NCBI GenBank assembly: GCA_963674945.2
Contig: CAXXWQ010000003.1
Coordinates: forward strand, 288,001-352,000
DNA from: an uncultured Desulfosarcina sp.
GTDB taxonomy: Bacteria > Desulfobacterota > Desulfobacteria > Desulfobacterales > Desulfosarcinaceae
DNA: 64,000 bases
Reading direction: 5' to 3'
The notes under the pieces: model-generated
What the model saw: the letters and a program-made list of their open reading frames with translations, nothing else
The model's database searches: none
What the model was told of the DNA's origin: nothing
Position numbers and translations under genes: made by a program
Shown here: positions 20,533 through 31,563 of the stretch, piece after piece
How the letters are laid out: every line of letters begins with the position of its first letter
How positions within the stretch are numbered: position 1 is the stretch's first letter

Positions 20533-22283
20533 CCTGAATTTTGCACGCAATTAGCTTTAATTGGCCACGGTGGCCAATTTTTTCAAAATGACGAAGAGTT
20601 CGTTTTCTACTCTAACACATGATCGTTGCCTTTAGTGTGAAGTATACGGTTTGCACGTGTTTCGTTTAACTGCCCATATACAAAGGAAATTGTCGTGAAA
20701 AAAAATTCTTGCATGATATTTTCCCGAGTTACGCAGACGTTCAACATGCCACTTGTCTCCACGGCTTCGGTTTCAATCGCGCTTGATCCAGGAAGTCGAG
20801 AAAATGGATCATCGCGGGCGTTCTCGCATCGTGTACGGAGAACTTGACCTTGTCACGGTTTTGATCTTTGACAACTTTTGCGGCAATGAAAAGCAGCTTC
20901 AACCTGGCGATCCGGATTGTATTGGATGCCACCGTTTTTAAATGCGGCATCTTTTTTCTGTCCTGGCTCATGGCGGCAAGCATCTTGATGTAACGCCAAA
21001 TGTTATACGACAGCACTACAAGTTGAAAGAACGCATAATTGTTTTTGAACTTTGCTGATGGGATGGCCTCAAGCCCTTCACGTTTGGCCTCACCCACCAG
21101 GTTTTCAACGTCAGCGCGTTTATCATACTTGCTGACCACCTCATGGGCCGGCCCTGAAAGGTTCGTGCAGAATATCCGGTATGTATAGTTGTCGTCTTCA
21201 AAGAGTAGGCATTGCACTTGCTGGTTTGAAGTTGATTTGGCTTTCGGTATACGCATGGCCACAAACCGGCACGGGGTATCCCAACCAAGGGGCTGATAGA
21301 CGCAGCTGTTATACTCAACATCCTTGCGTTTCCAGGGCCGATACCAACCTCTCGGATCAAAGGGCGGGTCGCATCTCTTGTTGGCGATGATGAAGTCATA
21401 GCCGCAGTGTCTTGCAGTCTGGACACTTTCCCAGCTCAGGAACTCTCCATCGGCCCGCAGCAGGACTTGGCGAACACAACCGGGTAAATGGGATTTTGTC
21501 TGGAGGATAAAGGCAGCGGTCTGTTTGCCACTGAGTGTTTCACCTTTTCGAAGCTTTCCGATAAGACACTCCCGGGTCTGCTCAATGAAGCACAGCACCG
21601 GACGGTAACCTTTCTTTCCCCGGTTTTTGGTGTTATGGCCTTTCCTGCCTCCTTGCTGATTGCCGTACAGCGTCTCGACGGTGGTGTCGATATCGATGCA
21701 TATCCGGTAATAATTGAAACCCAGTTGTTGCCACACCCGTTCTCGCAGAATGCTCATGAGCTTCTGAAGGGACTGGGCTTGGTTAATTCCCAAGCTGTCA
21801 AGGTATCGCCAGAAGGTGCTCGACACCGGCAACTTTGTCAGTCGGAAAAATCCACACAGCATGGCATCGAGTCGGATGTAGGTAAAATGCCAGATTCTGT
21901 TAAAGCCTATAAACAGTAGCATCAGAAGTCCTGCCACCATCGAATAGTGGCCCAGCTTTGGCTGCCGGACAGGCGCATGATAGGTGGAGTTAAATATTTG
22001 TTTGAAATCGATCAAATCGAAAAATTTGATCATCGCTAAAAGCCCGCCAAATGGACTTAGTTGCTCGCTGCATGTCTCATGCGGCGTAGAAGCGTTGATT
22101 TTTCTGGCCTTGGCAGCGTTTTTCTTAAACCCTTTGTTCTTGCGGTTTTTACGGCTTTTTGATTTACTTGATTTTACCATCTGGGTACCTCCTGTTTTTA
22201 TTGTGGAAGCATGTCACCTCCCTTTATAACAGGATTCCCAGATGGTTTCTTCCTTATTTATGATTCGTCGTGCAAAATTTAGG
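20533..22283 (-). mobile_element. IS1380-family insertion sequence
   Basis: Terminal IRs CCTGAATTTTGCACG / CCTAAATTTTGCACG (14/15); 5-bp target duplication ATATA at 20528-32 and 22284-88. Confidence 0.92.
20741..22180 (-). CDS. IS1380-family DDE transposase
   Basis: IDIDTT...YGNQQG...GYRP, LLRADG, YDKRADVENLVGEAK, TIRIARLKL. Confidence 0.93.
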   Translation of the reverse strand: MVKSSKSKSRKNRKNKGFKKNAAKARKINASTPHETCSEQLSPFGGLLAMIKFFDLIDFKQIFNSTYHAPVRQPKLGHYSMVAGLLMLLFIGFNRIWHFTYIRLDAMLCGFFRLTKLPVSSTFWRYLDSLGINQAQSLQKLMSILRERVWQQLGFNYYRICIDIDTTVETLYGNQQGGRKGHNTKNRGKKGYRPVLCFIEQTRECLIGKLRKGETLSGKQTAAFILQTKSHLPGCVRQVLLRADGEFLSWESVQTARHCGYDFIIANKRCDPPFDPRGWYRPWKRKDVEYNSCVYQPLGWDTPCRFVAMRIPKAKSTSNQQVQCLLFEDDNYTYRIFCTNLSGPAHEVVSKYDKRADVENLVGEAKREGLEAIPSAKFKNNYAFFQLVVLSYNIWRYIKMLAAMSQDRKKMPHLKTVASNTIRIARLKLLFIAAKVVKDQNRDKVKFSVHDARTPAMIHFLDFLDQARLKPKPWRQVAC

Positions 22284-22654
22284 ATATAATTAAGTAGTGG
22301 GTAAACAATTACTGATTGTGAAATAAATGTCTCTGTTATTTAGAAATTAAAATCATTACCGGCTTTACTAAATTCTTTTTCTCAATCCAACTGAGTAGCT
22401 GAGGATTAAACGAGATAATCCAATTTATCCTCCGATTCTTACTTCCTCCTTTTGGCTGTACCGAAATATCTGTGGGAACTGACGGCTGTGAGAATTGGTG
22501 CTGATCAATTCCTGTGGAGAATAACTCAAATTCTTCAACACACCGATATTCGAACTTCCTCAGGGCATGTGACTGCCGGTGTGTTTATTGGCCACGCAGA
22601 CTTGCCCAATAATGAATGTCGAAATGAAAACCCACGCTCTTAACAGCGGTTTCA

Positions 22655-22966
22655 ATGGTGATGTCTTTCGGTTACACGAGATACGGTATCAAACCGTTAA
22701 ATGAAGATAATAACCTGGTCGGCATGGTTACGGAAAAAGATATTCTGAAAGTCCTGTACACTGGCAAAATCAGAGGCAAGAGAGTTGAAGACATAATGTC
22801 CACGAAGATTACTACTTTCAATGAAAACGAGGACTTGATGTCAATCATGAAATGTCTCGTTGATAATAATTTCAGACGCGTTCCCATTACATCCGGAAGC
22901 ATATTGACGGGCATTATCACCCGACGGGATATTATCAAATTTCTTTCCAGCAAGATGTCTGAATAG
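22655..22966 (+). pseudogene. CBS-domain protein, probably 5'-truncated
   Basis: LVGMVTEKDIL...VEDIMS...RRVPI...GIITRRDII; first half of the first CBS domain missing. Confidence 0.65.
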
Positions 22967-23025
22967 GAGCATATGTCATAGGATTTTCATAAAAACCGCC
23001 GGCAAATTTCTTATATTCGCCACCA

Positions 23026-23646
23026 TCACTCCTCAATCATCCCGACGCCGGCATCGAAGGCCTCCAGATTCACCGGAACCTTGGATTCGGGCATCCGACT
23101 GCGGACCACCGCCTCGAAAATCTCCCGCCCAAGGGGCAAATCGCCGGTTTTGGCCAAGGCGCCGACGAGCATGACATTTCCGAAGATGGGATTGCCCAAC
23201 CGGGTTGCGGTTTCGGTGGTATCCAGAAACCAGGCTGCGGAGGAAAATTGATTGATCCAATCCATGATGGTCTCCGGCGCCGGATAGGTCTGCTCACCGC
23301 TGATAACCCCCATGGAGCGCACCGGCCGCATGTTCGTAATCACCTTGACGCCTGGGTTGCCATATGCCTTCAGGACCCGCAGGGCCTCTGTGGGTTCCAG
23401 GGACACCACCATGTGGGCTCGGCCCAGGGGAATCTGAGGGGACAGGCTTCCGTTCCGTGATACGCGCAGGTGACTCATCACCGATCCGCCCCGCTGGGAT
23501 GCGCCAAAGGTTTCGCCGATGGTGATGTCAAATCCCTGGCGGGAAAGCATGTCGCCGACCATCCGACTCGCCAGAACGTTTCCCTGTCCGCCCACGCCGG
23601 TGATAATCAGATTGTAGGGATCGTGTTGCAAGGATTTCGTATTCAT
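23026..23646 (-). CDS. iorB: Indolepyruvate:ferredoxin oxidoreductase beta subunit
   Basis: GVGGQGNVLAS, GASQRGGSVMSHLR, NVMLVGAL, NLEAF; ATGA overlap with iorA. Confidence 0.93.
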   Translation of the reverse strand: MNTKSLQHDPYNLIITGVGGQGNVLASRMVGDMLSRQGFDITIGETFGASQRGGSVMSHLRVSRNGSLSPQIPLGRAHMVVSLEPTEALRVLKAYGNPGVKVITNMRPVRSMGVISGEQTYPAPETIMDWINQFSSAAWFLDTTETATRLGNPIFGNVMLVGALAKTGDLPLGREIFEAVVRSRMPESKVPVNLEAFDAGVGMIEE

Positions 23647-25595
23647 GCGTTTACCACCTTTTCCACCGTGATCGCGTTGTGTGGGCAGACCTGGGCGCAA
23701 ACGCCACATCCCACGCAAACGAATTCATCGACGCGCGTCTGTTTCGCCTCCGGATCCCAAATCAGGCCGGGGCATTTGAAAATCCGTGTGCACAACCGGT
23801 TGCAGCCGCAGGCTTCGGCAACGCATCTTTCCGGATCCACCGACACGTTCCACGCCTTCTTGCCTTTGCGGGCCGGGCTCAATGCGCATGCCTGTCTGAG
23901 CACCAGCACGCGGACACCACCGGCATCGTCAAGCAGATCCGCAATGGTCTTTCTGGCCTCGGCGAACTGGAACGGATCGGCGATTTCCACCCGCACGCCC
24001 ATGGCCCGGCAGATGGCCGGAATGTCCATGGCCGGCAGTGGTTTTCCGTCCGCGCCCACGGGAATCCCGGGGTGGGGCTGAAAACCTGTCATGGCCGTGC
24101 CGGAGTTGTCCAGGATCACCATGATGATGTCCGCCTGGTTGTGGACAGCGTTCACCAGGCCCGGCATGGCGGCATGGAAAAAGGTCGAGTCCCCGCAAAC
24201 CGTGATGACCGGCTGGTCCATGCCAAAACATTGGAACTTGCCGAATCCGGAAGCCATGCCCACACCCGATCCCATGGCGGCAACAGTTTTCACGGCCCGG
24301 AAACCGCAATCCGACACCCCCAGGGTGTAGCAGCCGATGTCGCCACTGATGAATCCACGGCGGTTATCGAGTTTGAGGGCTTCATGAATCAGCCAGAAGG
24401 ATGCTCGGTGGGGGCAGCCGGGGCAAAAGGTCATCGGCCGGTCCGGAATGCCGCCGTCCAGTTCCGCCGCAATCTGCGCCCGGTAGTCGGCTGCGGGGTC
24501 ATCGACAGACAAGCCGAGAATCTTCGCCAGGGCCTTCATCACATGGTCGGGATTCAACTCGTCCACGGAAGGGATGGTCTTGTCCGCACGCCCGTAAAAC
24601 CTTGTCGGCCCGATCTCCTGGGCCCGCTGGGCAAACAGCGCCTTGATGTTGTCTTCCATAAACGGCGTACCTTCCTCGACAATCAACACACGGTCCGCAC
24701 AAGACAGGTGTTTTTCTAAAAGGCGCGGTGGCAGCGGCCAGGTGGTACCGAGCTTTAAAAGCCCCACCCGTTTCTTGACCCCCAATATGTCCATGGCCTC
24801 CCTGCAATAGGACGTGGCCGCCGAGCTTGTGATGACAAGCAGTTCTGGACGGTCCGGCCCGACGTAGGTGTTGAAGGGGCTGTCCTCGAAACAGGAGATG
24901 GCCTTTGAAAGTCCCTCGTGCTGTCGAACGCGTTGGACCGGTGCCGTGCCGGGCAGGGTCATGACCGGGCCGGTCATCTGATCGAAAAATCCGCCGTCGC
25001 AATGAAAATCGGCCTGCGCCGTGGTTTCCGGCAGGTCGCCGATAACCACGTTGCCCGAGGCATGGGACATGCGCGTTACGGAGCGCAGCATCACCACATT
25101 GCGGATGGTCTCGGAAAGCGTGAAGGCCCAGCGGGTCATGTCCTTGGCTTCCTGGATGTCGCCGGGCTCGATCAGGGGAAACTCCATCATTTTGCTATAG
25201 GGCCGGGAGTCGCCCTCGTTGGTGCTTGACAGGGAACCGGGATCCTCGCAGGTCACCAGCACCAGTCCGGCGCGGGACCCGTATTCCGCCAGGTGAAGCA
25301 GAAAATCCGAGGCCACGTTCACCCCAACCTGCTTCATCGTGCTAAGAGCGCGAAGCCCTGCGTATGAGGCAGCAGCCGCCACTTCCAGGGAAACTTTTTC
25401 GTTGGTGGACCATTCCACATAAAGGCCCATCTCCTCTGCCACGTCCCCTAAGGCCTGGGGAATTTCCGATGACGGCGTGCCGGGATACGCCGCCACCACC
25501 TTGACGCCGGCCTCCAACGCTCCCCGGGCAATGGCCTCGTTGCCCATCATTAAGAGACGCTCTCCTTTTTTTTTCTTACCGGATATGATCGACAT
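23643..25595 (-). CDS. iorA: Indolepyruvate:ferredoxin oxidoreductase alpha subunit
   Basis: GNEAIARG, YPGTPSSEI, EWSTNEK, FCPGCPHR, GDIGCY, GDSTFFH (TPP), C-terminal ferredoxin. Confidence 0.95.
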   Translation of the reverse strand: MSIISGKKKKGERLLMMGNEAIARGALEAGVKVVAAYPGTPSSEIPQALGDVAEEMGLYVEWSTNEKVSLEVAAAASYAGLRALSTMKQVGVNVASDFLLHLAEYGSRAGLVLVTCEDPGSLSSTNEGDSRPYSKMMEFPLIEPGDIQEAKDMTRWAFTLSETIRNVVMLRSVTRMSHASGNVVIGDLPETTAQADFHCDGGFFDQMTGPVMTLPGTAPVQRVRQHEGLSKAISCFEDSPFNTYVGPDRPELLVITSSAATSYCREAMDILGVKKRVGLLKLGTTWPLPPRLLEKHLSCADRVLIVEEGTPFMEDNIKALFAQRAQEIGPTRFYGRADKTIPSVDELNPDHVMKALAKILGLSVDDPAADYRAQIAAELDGGIPDRPMTFCPGCPHRASFWLIHEALKLDNRRGFISGDIGCYTLGVSDCGFRAVKTVAAMGSGVGMASGFGKFQCFGMDQPVITVCGDSTFFHAAMPGLVNAVHNQADIIMVILDNSGTAMTGFQPHPGIPVGADGKPLPAMDIPAICRAMGVRVEIADPFQFAEARKTIADLLDDAGGVRVLVLRQACALSPARKGKKAWNVSVDPERCVAEACGCNRLCTRIFKCPGLIWDPEAKQTRVDEFVCVGCGVCAQVCPHNAITVEKVVNA

Positions 25596-25654
25596 GGTAC
25601 CACCACCTTATGCGGATGTGGACGAAGGAATCACGACACCCGTGTCTGTTTTTT

Positions 25655-26734
25655 TCAATTTTCAAGCAGATCGCGCAAGTTCGACCGGCCTCGCCGCCGT
25701 TTGTTCATGGAGGCGGACTTGAGCTTGGCCAGACTTTCCGGGGACACCTCCTTGAACTCCAGGATGCCCTTCTCCCTGGCAAGGGACAGCAGCTGCTCAC
25801 CGGCCATGGTTCTGACGATCACCTGGTTCCAGTGCCGGTCCACATCCCATCCCTCGGAGCTTCTTGCCGAACCCACCGAAATATCGGCGAACTCGGCGGT
25901 CATGTCCGTGCAATAATCGCAGCATCCGCGAACGCAGCAGTTGACCCGGTCGATGGGAATCTCGATCATGCCGCTGCCGGTTTCCACCTCCATGCAGGCA
26001 TGGCTGGAGGGCGGGATATCCATGCCGAGGATGGTTTCGCCCTCGGTCGCAGCAAACACCATTTGCCGCAAGCGCCGCCAGTCCAGGGTCCAGCCGCAGA
26101 ACAGGCCGATCACCAATTTGAGCCGAGCGATCCGAAAGGCGTCCTCCGCGGCAGGACTGTTTCGCATTTTGGCCAGAGCCCGGGCCTGGCACGGCGTGGC
26201 CACTACCCCCAGCGGATCCGTCCCTTGGGCCGACACGCGATTGAACTCGGCCACCGACGGCGCGTTGCCGAATTTGCTGCCGGCCGCAGCCAGCACCTCG
26301 TCCCGATGAAACGCCGTTATGCTTTGGGGCAGCATTGGCGCCTCCTCTCTTGCCACGACACAGCCGCCGATGAGCCCGTGTTCCAGGGCCGCGCAGACAA
26401 GGGCACTCACCGTCCCTCCGTGCTGGGCCTTCTCGCGGATCACGGGATCGGTTGCCCGGGTCATGAAAAGCCCTTTGAAAGAACCGATTTCGGGGGTAAG
26501 ATCGGAGGCGTCGAAAAGCGCCTGGGCAAGGCCGTCCCAATCCGTTTCCATGCGGGGACAGTAGCGCCGGCATCGTCCATCCTGTCGGTCGCACGCGAAG
26601 AGCGCCACCGTGGCGCCCCGATGACTTCGCAGATAGGGGCAAAGCCCCACGCACGCACCGCAACCGGTACAAAGCCCGGTATCAATAACGGAAGAGGATA
26701 CAAGTAAATGTCCTTTTGTTTTTTTGTCCGTCAT
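25655..26734 (-). CDS. FrhB/FdhB family (F420 hydrogenase/dehydrogenase beta-like) Fe-S flavoprotein
   Basis: CTGCGACVGLCP, QHGGTVSAL, AGSKF, ATPCQ, IGLFC, CDYCTD...ADISVG. Start could be upstream (26791). Confidence 0.88.
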   Translation of the reverse strand: MTDKKTKGHLLVSSSVIDTGLCTGCGACVGLCPYLRSHRGATVALFACDRQDGRCRRYCPRMETDWDGLAQALFDASDLTPEIGSFKGLFMTRATDPVIREKAQHGGTVSALVCAALEHGLIGGCVVAREEAPMLPQSITAFHRDEVLAAAGSKFGNAPSVAEFNRVSAQGTDPLGVVATPCQARALAKMRNSPAAEDAFRIARLKLVIGLFCGWTLDWRRLRQMVFAATEGETILGMDIPPSSHACMEVETGSGMIEIPIDRVNCCVRGCCDYCTDMTAEFADISVGSARSSEGWDVDRHWNQVIVRTMAGEQLLSLAREKGILEFKEVSPESLAKLKSASMNKRRRGRSNLRDLLEN

Positions 26735-26888
26735 GGCGATCCGATTCCTTTGTTGTCTTTTTTCGCATTCGGCGTTTTGCTTTTTGTCCAAAAATCGTTC
26801 TGCCAGGCGATCCTCAGGCGTTTTGTCAATTTGCCCCTTCCAGCCCTTTCAACTGGATTTGGCGAATGCATACACTTTCGCTGCAGAG

Positions 26889-27347
26889 TCAATCGTTATT
26901 GATGTTTTGCCGCATCATCCGTTTTACCGTGTAAACCACGACCTCGTCGCCGTCCTGATTTATGACCCGGTGCCGAAAGGTAACAATCCCCCGGCCCGGT
27001 TTTTTCGTCCTGCGGGTCTCCACCACCTCGATGCGCACCGACACGGTGTCGCCGATGAAGACCGGCTTGAGAACATCGAGCTGCACCCCGAGAAAGGCCA
27101 TCCCGCTATGCAAAATCCCGGAAAGAATCGCCAGTCCCTCGGCAACGGAAAAGGTCAGCGCACCGGGTACGACGGGCTTTTTGTAAGGGGTGTGGGCTGT
27201 AACGAAGTCCCGGTCCATGAAAATGGGTTCGAAAAACCCGAAACTGGTGGTGAAGTTGACGTGATCCGCCTCCGAGATCGTGCGGCGGGCCGTTTCATAG
27301 GCCTGGCCCGGTTTGAAGTCGTCGAAAAAAAAGGTCCGTGAGTGCAT
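26889..27347 (-). CDS. MaoC-family (hotdog-fold) dehydratase-like protein
   Basis: FFDDFKPGQ...RRTISEAD...EPIFMD...PVFIGDTV. Confidence 0.87.
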   Translation of the reverse strand: MHSRTFFFDDFKPGQAYETARRTISEADHVNFTTSFGFFEPIFMDRDFVTAHTPYKKPVVPGALTFSVAEGLAILSGILHSGMAFLGVQLDVLKPVFIGDTVSVRIEVVETRRTKKPGRGIVTFRHRVINQDGDEVVVYTVKRMMRQNINND

Positions 27348-27382
27348 ATGGTTTTCCTTTCATCGGGTTTATCGAACAGGCG

Positions 27383-27620
27383 TCAATCCGATGCAAGTCC
27401 ATCGAAAAGATACGCCAGCCCGTTGACCTATATCTCATATACCATCTGCGGCATTTCGCCAAGCCTTCCAGGCGGAAACCCCTTTGGGGAAAACCAGACC
27501 ATATAGGGCCGCGGACAGGCCGATCAGGCGCCATTTCTTATATTTACCGGAGGGCATACAGATGTCGGCCAGCTTTAGGAGGACATCCGGTGCATGCCGG
27601 CGTTGTCGGTTTTCATTCAA
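27383..27620 (-). pseudogene. DUF3820-family small protein pseudogene
   Basis: LLKLADICMPSGKYK..., then a frameshift to YMVWFSPKGFPPGRLGEMPQMVYEI*VNGLAYLF, with an internal TAG where the family has EIK. Confidence 0.75.
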
Positions 27621-28021
27621 CGGTCTGCAGAAGCAAAGCCGAATGTCTTGCCGTTTTTTACTGCCGCAGGATCATTGCTCCATGAATATACAGACTCACC
27701 CGTTTGCTTTCCATTCACCATCAAATATGCCTTGACCCACAAGACAAATTTCCCTTCACCGGGTAACGTGATCGTGGTTTCGGTCTCCGTTCCCCGCCAG
27801 ATCCGCCCCGGATTCGATCGATCAATACCTGCTGTCCCCACTTCGTACTCGATGGTAACCGCCCCTTCCTGGCTGTGGAAATTTGTCGACACCGGATCCC
27901 ATGCTACCGTGACCGGGTTGATCGTGTGCCATTCGGTCACCTCCGCAACGGTGAGAGTGGGGGCACAACCAAGCGAGAGAAACAAAACCAACGAAACAAC
28001 AGCCTTTATATTTGTAAACAT
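27617..28021 (-). CDS. Exported hypothetical protein, FN3-like beta-sandwich (possible lipoprotein)
   Basis: Signal peptide with LSLGC; VTVAWDPV...YEV...VKAY pattern. Confidence 0.6.
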   Translation of the reverse strand: MFTNIKAVVSLVLFLSLGCAPTLTVAEVTEWHTINPVTVAWDPVSTNFHSQEGAVTIEYEVGTAGIDRSNPGRIWRGTETETTITLPGEGKFVLWVKAYLMVNGKQTGESVYSWSNDPAAVKNGKTFGFASADR

Positions 28022-28994
28022 ATTTCTTTTCCGTATTTTTTCGATCTTTGTTCCCTTGATCGAGGAGATCGGTGCCACCGGATAGCGCTGCATCCATGAA
28101 AGCGGCAGGCGCAGACTTGCCCCCCCGATCAAACACTGCAAGCACCAACGGTTGGCCAATAATGGTTTTGCCAATGAATTGGATATCCATTGGCGTATCG
28201 TCGGCAACGGCCCTAACACCATGTGCAAGCGGCGACTGGAAGGTAGAAATCTCCTTGATGGTACGGTTGTTCACCATGAACCCGTCTTGAACACGAAGCG
28301 CACTTTCGTGCGTACCCTCGGCGCCGGTAGAAACAGTTCGAAATTAACCGCAGAATCTTGCCCACTCACCGCTGGTAGGCCTAAGTTCTATTGATACGGG
28401 TTTGTGTTTGGACCGACCCGTCTTTGCCTCTGCAAAGACCTGCCTTAGATTTTTCACGTCTTCGTCACAATCTACTACCTGGACCATTGTCCCTTCACCG
28501 ATGAGAATATCATCGGCATTCACTCCCATGGCAACGGACTTTGCTTCGGCTCCGTCCTCTATTCTTGCGGTAAGGGTGTCATTCGCCGAACCTTGAGTAT
28601 ATGTTTTCCTGCATGTGCCTGGATATCTTACCGGGGGCTGTTTTCGCCTCCCCTGTATAGCTGTTTGCGATAATAGTGAAGTTAGCTATTCAGGTCAAAT
28701 GGAATTCTTCTGTTCTTTACTCCATAGCGACTCCCGCCCAACCTCTAAAAGTATTATCTTCATAATTTGATGATACACGAGAAGACATAGTATACAAAAA
28801 AGCACAAATATTGTGGATTGCGTGTGGGTTTCTGTTTTTGATTGTATCTACAATTGTCAGAGGTGTTTGCCGACGGTGCATACCTCAATCCGAATGTATA
28901 AGAGGCTGTTTTGCGTTCAGATTGATGGCATAACCATTCGATGGCCTCATATTTGCTTAAATCATTCTTACACTTTTAACGGAAAGGGCCGCCA

Positions 28995-29141
28995 ATGTAT
29001 CAGGACGATGATCATGATGACGCTAAAGAAATACGCCCATCGGGTTCACAAGTGGGCGTTCCGAAATGTGAAGATCAAATGCTCGAAGAGGAAATTGGGG
29101 AACTGTTTGATGAATTGACGCAGGAGAAGCCGAAGAAATAG
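28995..29141 (+). CDS. Possible small acidic protein (48 aa)
   Basis: MYQDDDHDDAKEIRPSGSQVGVPKCEDQMLEEEIGELFDELTQEKPKK*, purine-rich leader; below the track cutoff. Confidence 0.3.
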   Translation: MYQDDDHDDAKEIRPSGSQVGVPKCEDQMLEEEIGELFDELTQEKPKK

Positions 29142-29623
29142 GAAAACATGCAGAAATCAGCCTGCGCGACTTTCTAAAACGCGTTTCCAGGCAAAACAGT
29201 ATGATGAAAAAACGCACTCTGTCATTGGCGTGTCGATGGTCAGAAGTGGGAGAAGTCTTTTTAACTTATAGTATTGAATGCGTTCCGTAGAAGTCTTTCT
29301 TTATTTGTGCGGTAATTCATCATTCATGCACCAGACATCCACTGCATCCGCAAGTGCGTGGCATCGGAAGGAATATTCACGTCGATAAGGCCAACCCGGG
29401 CGCCCAAATCAGCCAAATCGCCTGACCGCATATTCGGATGCGGTCAGTTCTGTCACGAATCAGCCCTTTGATCCCGCCTAGCACCACTTCTCGCCCAAGG
29501 ATACGGCTGCCCTTTACTTCACGCTGTGGACATACCACGATATCATCTCCGATCTCCTGCCAGGCCCTGGAGGGCAAGTTTCATTGTCTTTGACATCCCA
29601 TCCCGCGAGTTGAAGTTTTTTGA

Positions 29624-29668
29624 TTGACAATGACAGACGATGCTGTTAATAGACATTTTTATCTATTA
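29624..29668 (+). promoter_or_regulatory. Candidate sigma70 promoter with overlapping palindromic operator upstream of the IclR gene
   Basis: TTGACA at 29624, 17 nt, TG-n-TAATAG; inverted repeat TAATAGA-N8-TCTATTA at 29647-29668. Confidence 0.45.
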
Positions 29669-29778
29669 GATAGACATACGACGCTCCTGTTCCTGATCTT
29701 ACTGGCAACGTGATTTGAACTTCCGATAAGTGGGCTCACCGTGTGAAATGGCGCATCCGTCAACGAATAGGTAAAAAA

Positions 29779-30585
29779 ATGGCAAATGTAGGACACAGAA
29801 CAAAAGAGGCGGCCAGACATGTGGAGGCCGTGGTTAAGGCACTGGAGATATTAGATTGTCTTGCAGAAAAGGGACCTCTGTCGATCAAAGACATCATTCA
29901 GGAAACCGGTTTGACCCGAAGTCGCATCATGAGACTGATGGGGACACTGGAATCCAAGGAGTACATCATTGAAACGCACACAAACAAGGTGTTCAATCTG
30001 GGCGTTCGGGTTGCGATTTTGGGAAAGGCATTTGAAAGAAGCAATCATCTCGAAACGCTTGTCCGTCCTGCCCTGAAAGACCTCGTCGATGAGACGCAGG
30101 AATCGGCAACCTTTTACGTTACGAACGGGATTGAACGCATCGCCCTGATACGTGAGGAAGGCCTGCATGCCATCCGTTTTTCGGTCCATGAAGGGCAGCG
30201 AATCCCCCTGCACGCAGGGGCTGCCGGAAAAATCCTCATGGCTTTCGGGCCGCCGGATCTGTTTGATCATGTCACTAGAAATAGTCGTTTACAGCAAATC
30301 ACACCCAATACCATCACCAACATTGAAAAGCTGAAATCGCAACTGGATCGGATACGCGAAACCGGATATGCCCTGAGCAAGGGAGAAAATGTTATCGAAG
30401 CGTATAGTCTGGCCGCACCGGTATTCAGCGCGAAACGGGAACTTATCGGATCCATCGGAATATCGGGCCCTCTTTACCGGCTTGAAGACGGCAATATTGA
30501 TGAACGTATTGAATGTGTCGTTCGGTCGGCGGAACTGCTTTCCAACCGCTTCAGATTCAGGGAGCCCATGCTACAAGATGAGTAA
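29779..30585 (+). CDS. IclR family transcriptional regulator
   Basis: AVVKALEILD HTH start, PLHAGAAGKILMAF, IRETGYA, LAAPVF. Confidence 0.95.
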   Translation: MANVGHRTKEAARHVEAVVKALEILDCLAEKGPLSIKDIIQETGLTRSRIMRLMGTLESKEYIIETHTNKVFNLGVRVAILGKAFERSNHLETLVRPALKDLVDETQESATFYVTNGIERIALIREEGLHAIRFSVHEGQRIPLHAGAAGKILMAFGPPDLFDHVTRNSRLQQITPNTITNIEKLKSQLDRIRETGYALSKGENVIEAYSLAAPVFSAKRELIGSIGISGPLYRLEDGNIDERIECVVRSAELLSNRFRFREPMLQDE

Positions 30586-30702
30586 AATACGATGATTTGA
30601 TTATCTTTGTTTGGCAGGCGCCAATTTGACGGTTGCCGGAAACATGGTTCAAACGGCTGCAACGCCCATATATGCGCAGTTAACATCAGGAGGAAACAGA
30701 CA

Positions 30703-31563
30703 ATGGTAGATTTTTTTAAAATGACCGACACTTTTGGGTTTCAGCTTCCCCGGAAAATTCTATTCGGCAACCAGGCGGTCGAAAAGGTTGGCGTCGAGAT
30801 AAAAGCAGAATTTGGATCAGGAAAAATACTTCTCGTAACCGACAAAGGCATTGCCAATTCAGGATTGCTTGAGAAAGTAAAAGATCCTTTGGAAAAAGAA
30901 GGCTTTGAAGTCATCGTTTTCGACGCGGTGTTGCCTGACTCTCCCATAAAACTGGTCATGCAGGGGGCGGAAATCGCCCGCCAGGCCGGAGCAACCATCA
31001 TCCTTGCATTGGGAGGCGGCAGTTCCATCGATACGGCAAAGGCCATTTCCTTTATGGTCGACTACAGCGGTGACATCCGGGAGATTCTTGGCAGCAACCA
31101 AGTAAAGCGTGCCGGACTTCCGAAGGTTTTCATTCCGACAACGGCGGGTACGGGAAGTGAATTGAGCCATACGTTTGTTCTGTATGATGACGACAGCGGC
31201 CGAAAAATCACATCATACAGCCCATTTGCCTTCGCCGACATCTCCATTATCGATCCCACATTGACATTGAACCTTCCCCCCAGAATTACTGCTGAAAGCG
31301 GAATTGATGCATTTTCACACGCATTGGAGTCTTTTGTCACCATTAAAGCCAATCCGCTTTCCGATCTGTTTTCCTTACGGGGAATCGAGCTTATCGCAAA
31401 GAACCTCAGAAAAGCCTATGCAAAGGGACCTCATCATTTGGATGCCCGCTACGCCATGTGTCTTGGCGTTTGCATGGGTACCATGGCCATACGAAGCAGC
31501 GGCGTCGGGGCAGTGCATGCAACATGCTATCCCCTTGCAATGAAATATAAATTATCTCATGGC
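30703..31563 (+). pseudogene. Iron-containing alcohol dehydrogenase, 3'-truncated
   Basis: AGGAGG RBS; LGGGSSIDTAKA, IPTTAGTGSE, DAFSHALE. Homology stops at LSHG; the rest of the ORF is antisense ACAD. Confidence 0.88.

Noticed and set aside
23679..26707. Long overlapping alternative-frame ORFs (346, 365, 291 aa) and similar ones over kor, thiolase, GRE and DUF294 genes
   Set aside because: Shadow ORFs expected opposite GC-rich coding sequence; no motifs or RBS.
27383..27620. In-frame TAG in the DUF3820 gene as pyrrolysine recoding
   Set aside because: The gene also has a frameshift and other substitutions; simple decay explains it.
28070..28600. Broken minus-strand reading frames that look protein-like
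   Set aside because: Probably a degraded gene, but I recognise no family, so it is not called.
29422..29447. Perfect 10-bp hairpin CTGACCGCAT/ATGCGGTCAG
   Set aside because: Isolated, no U-tract and no assignable gene or RNA family; too little to call.
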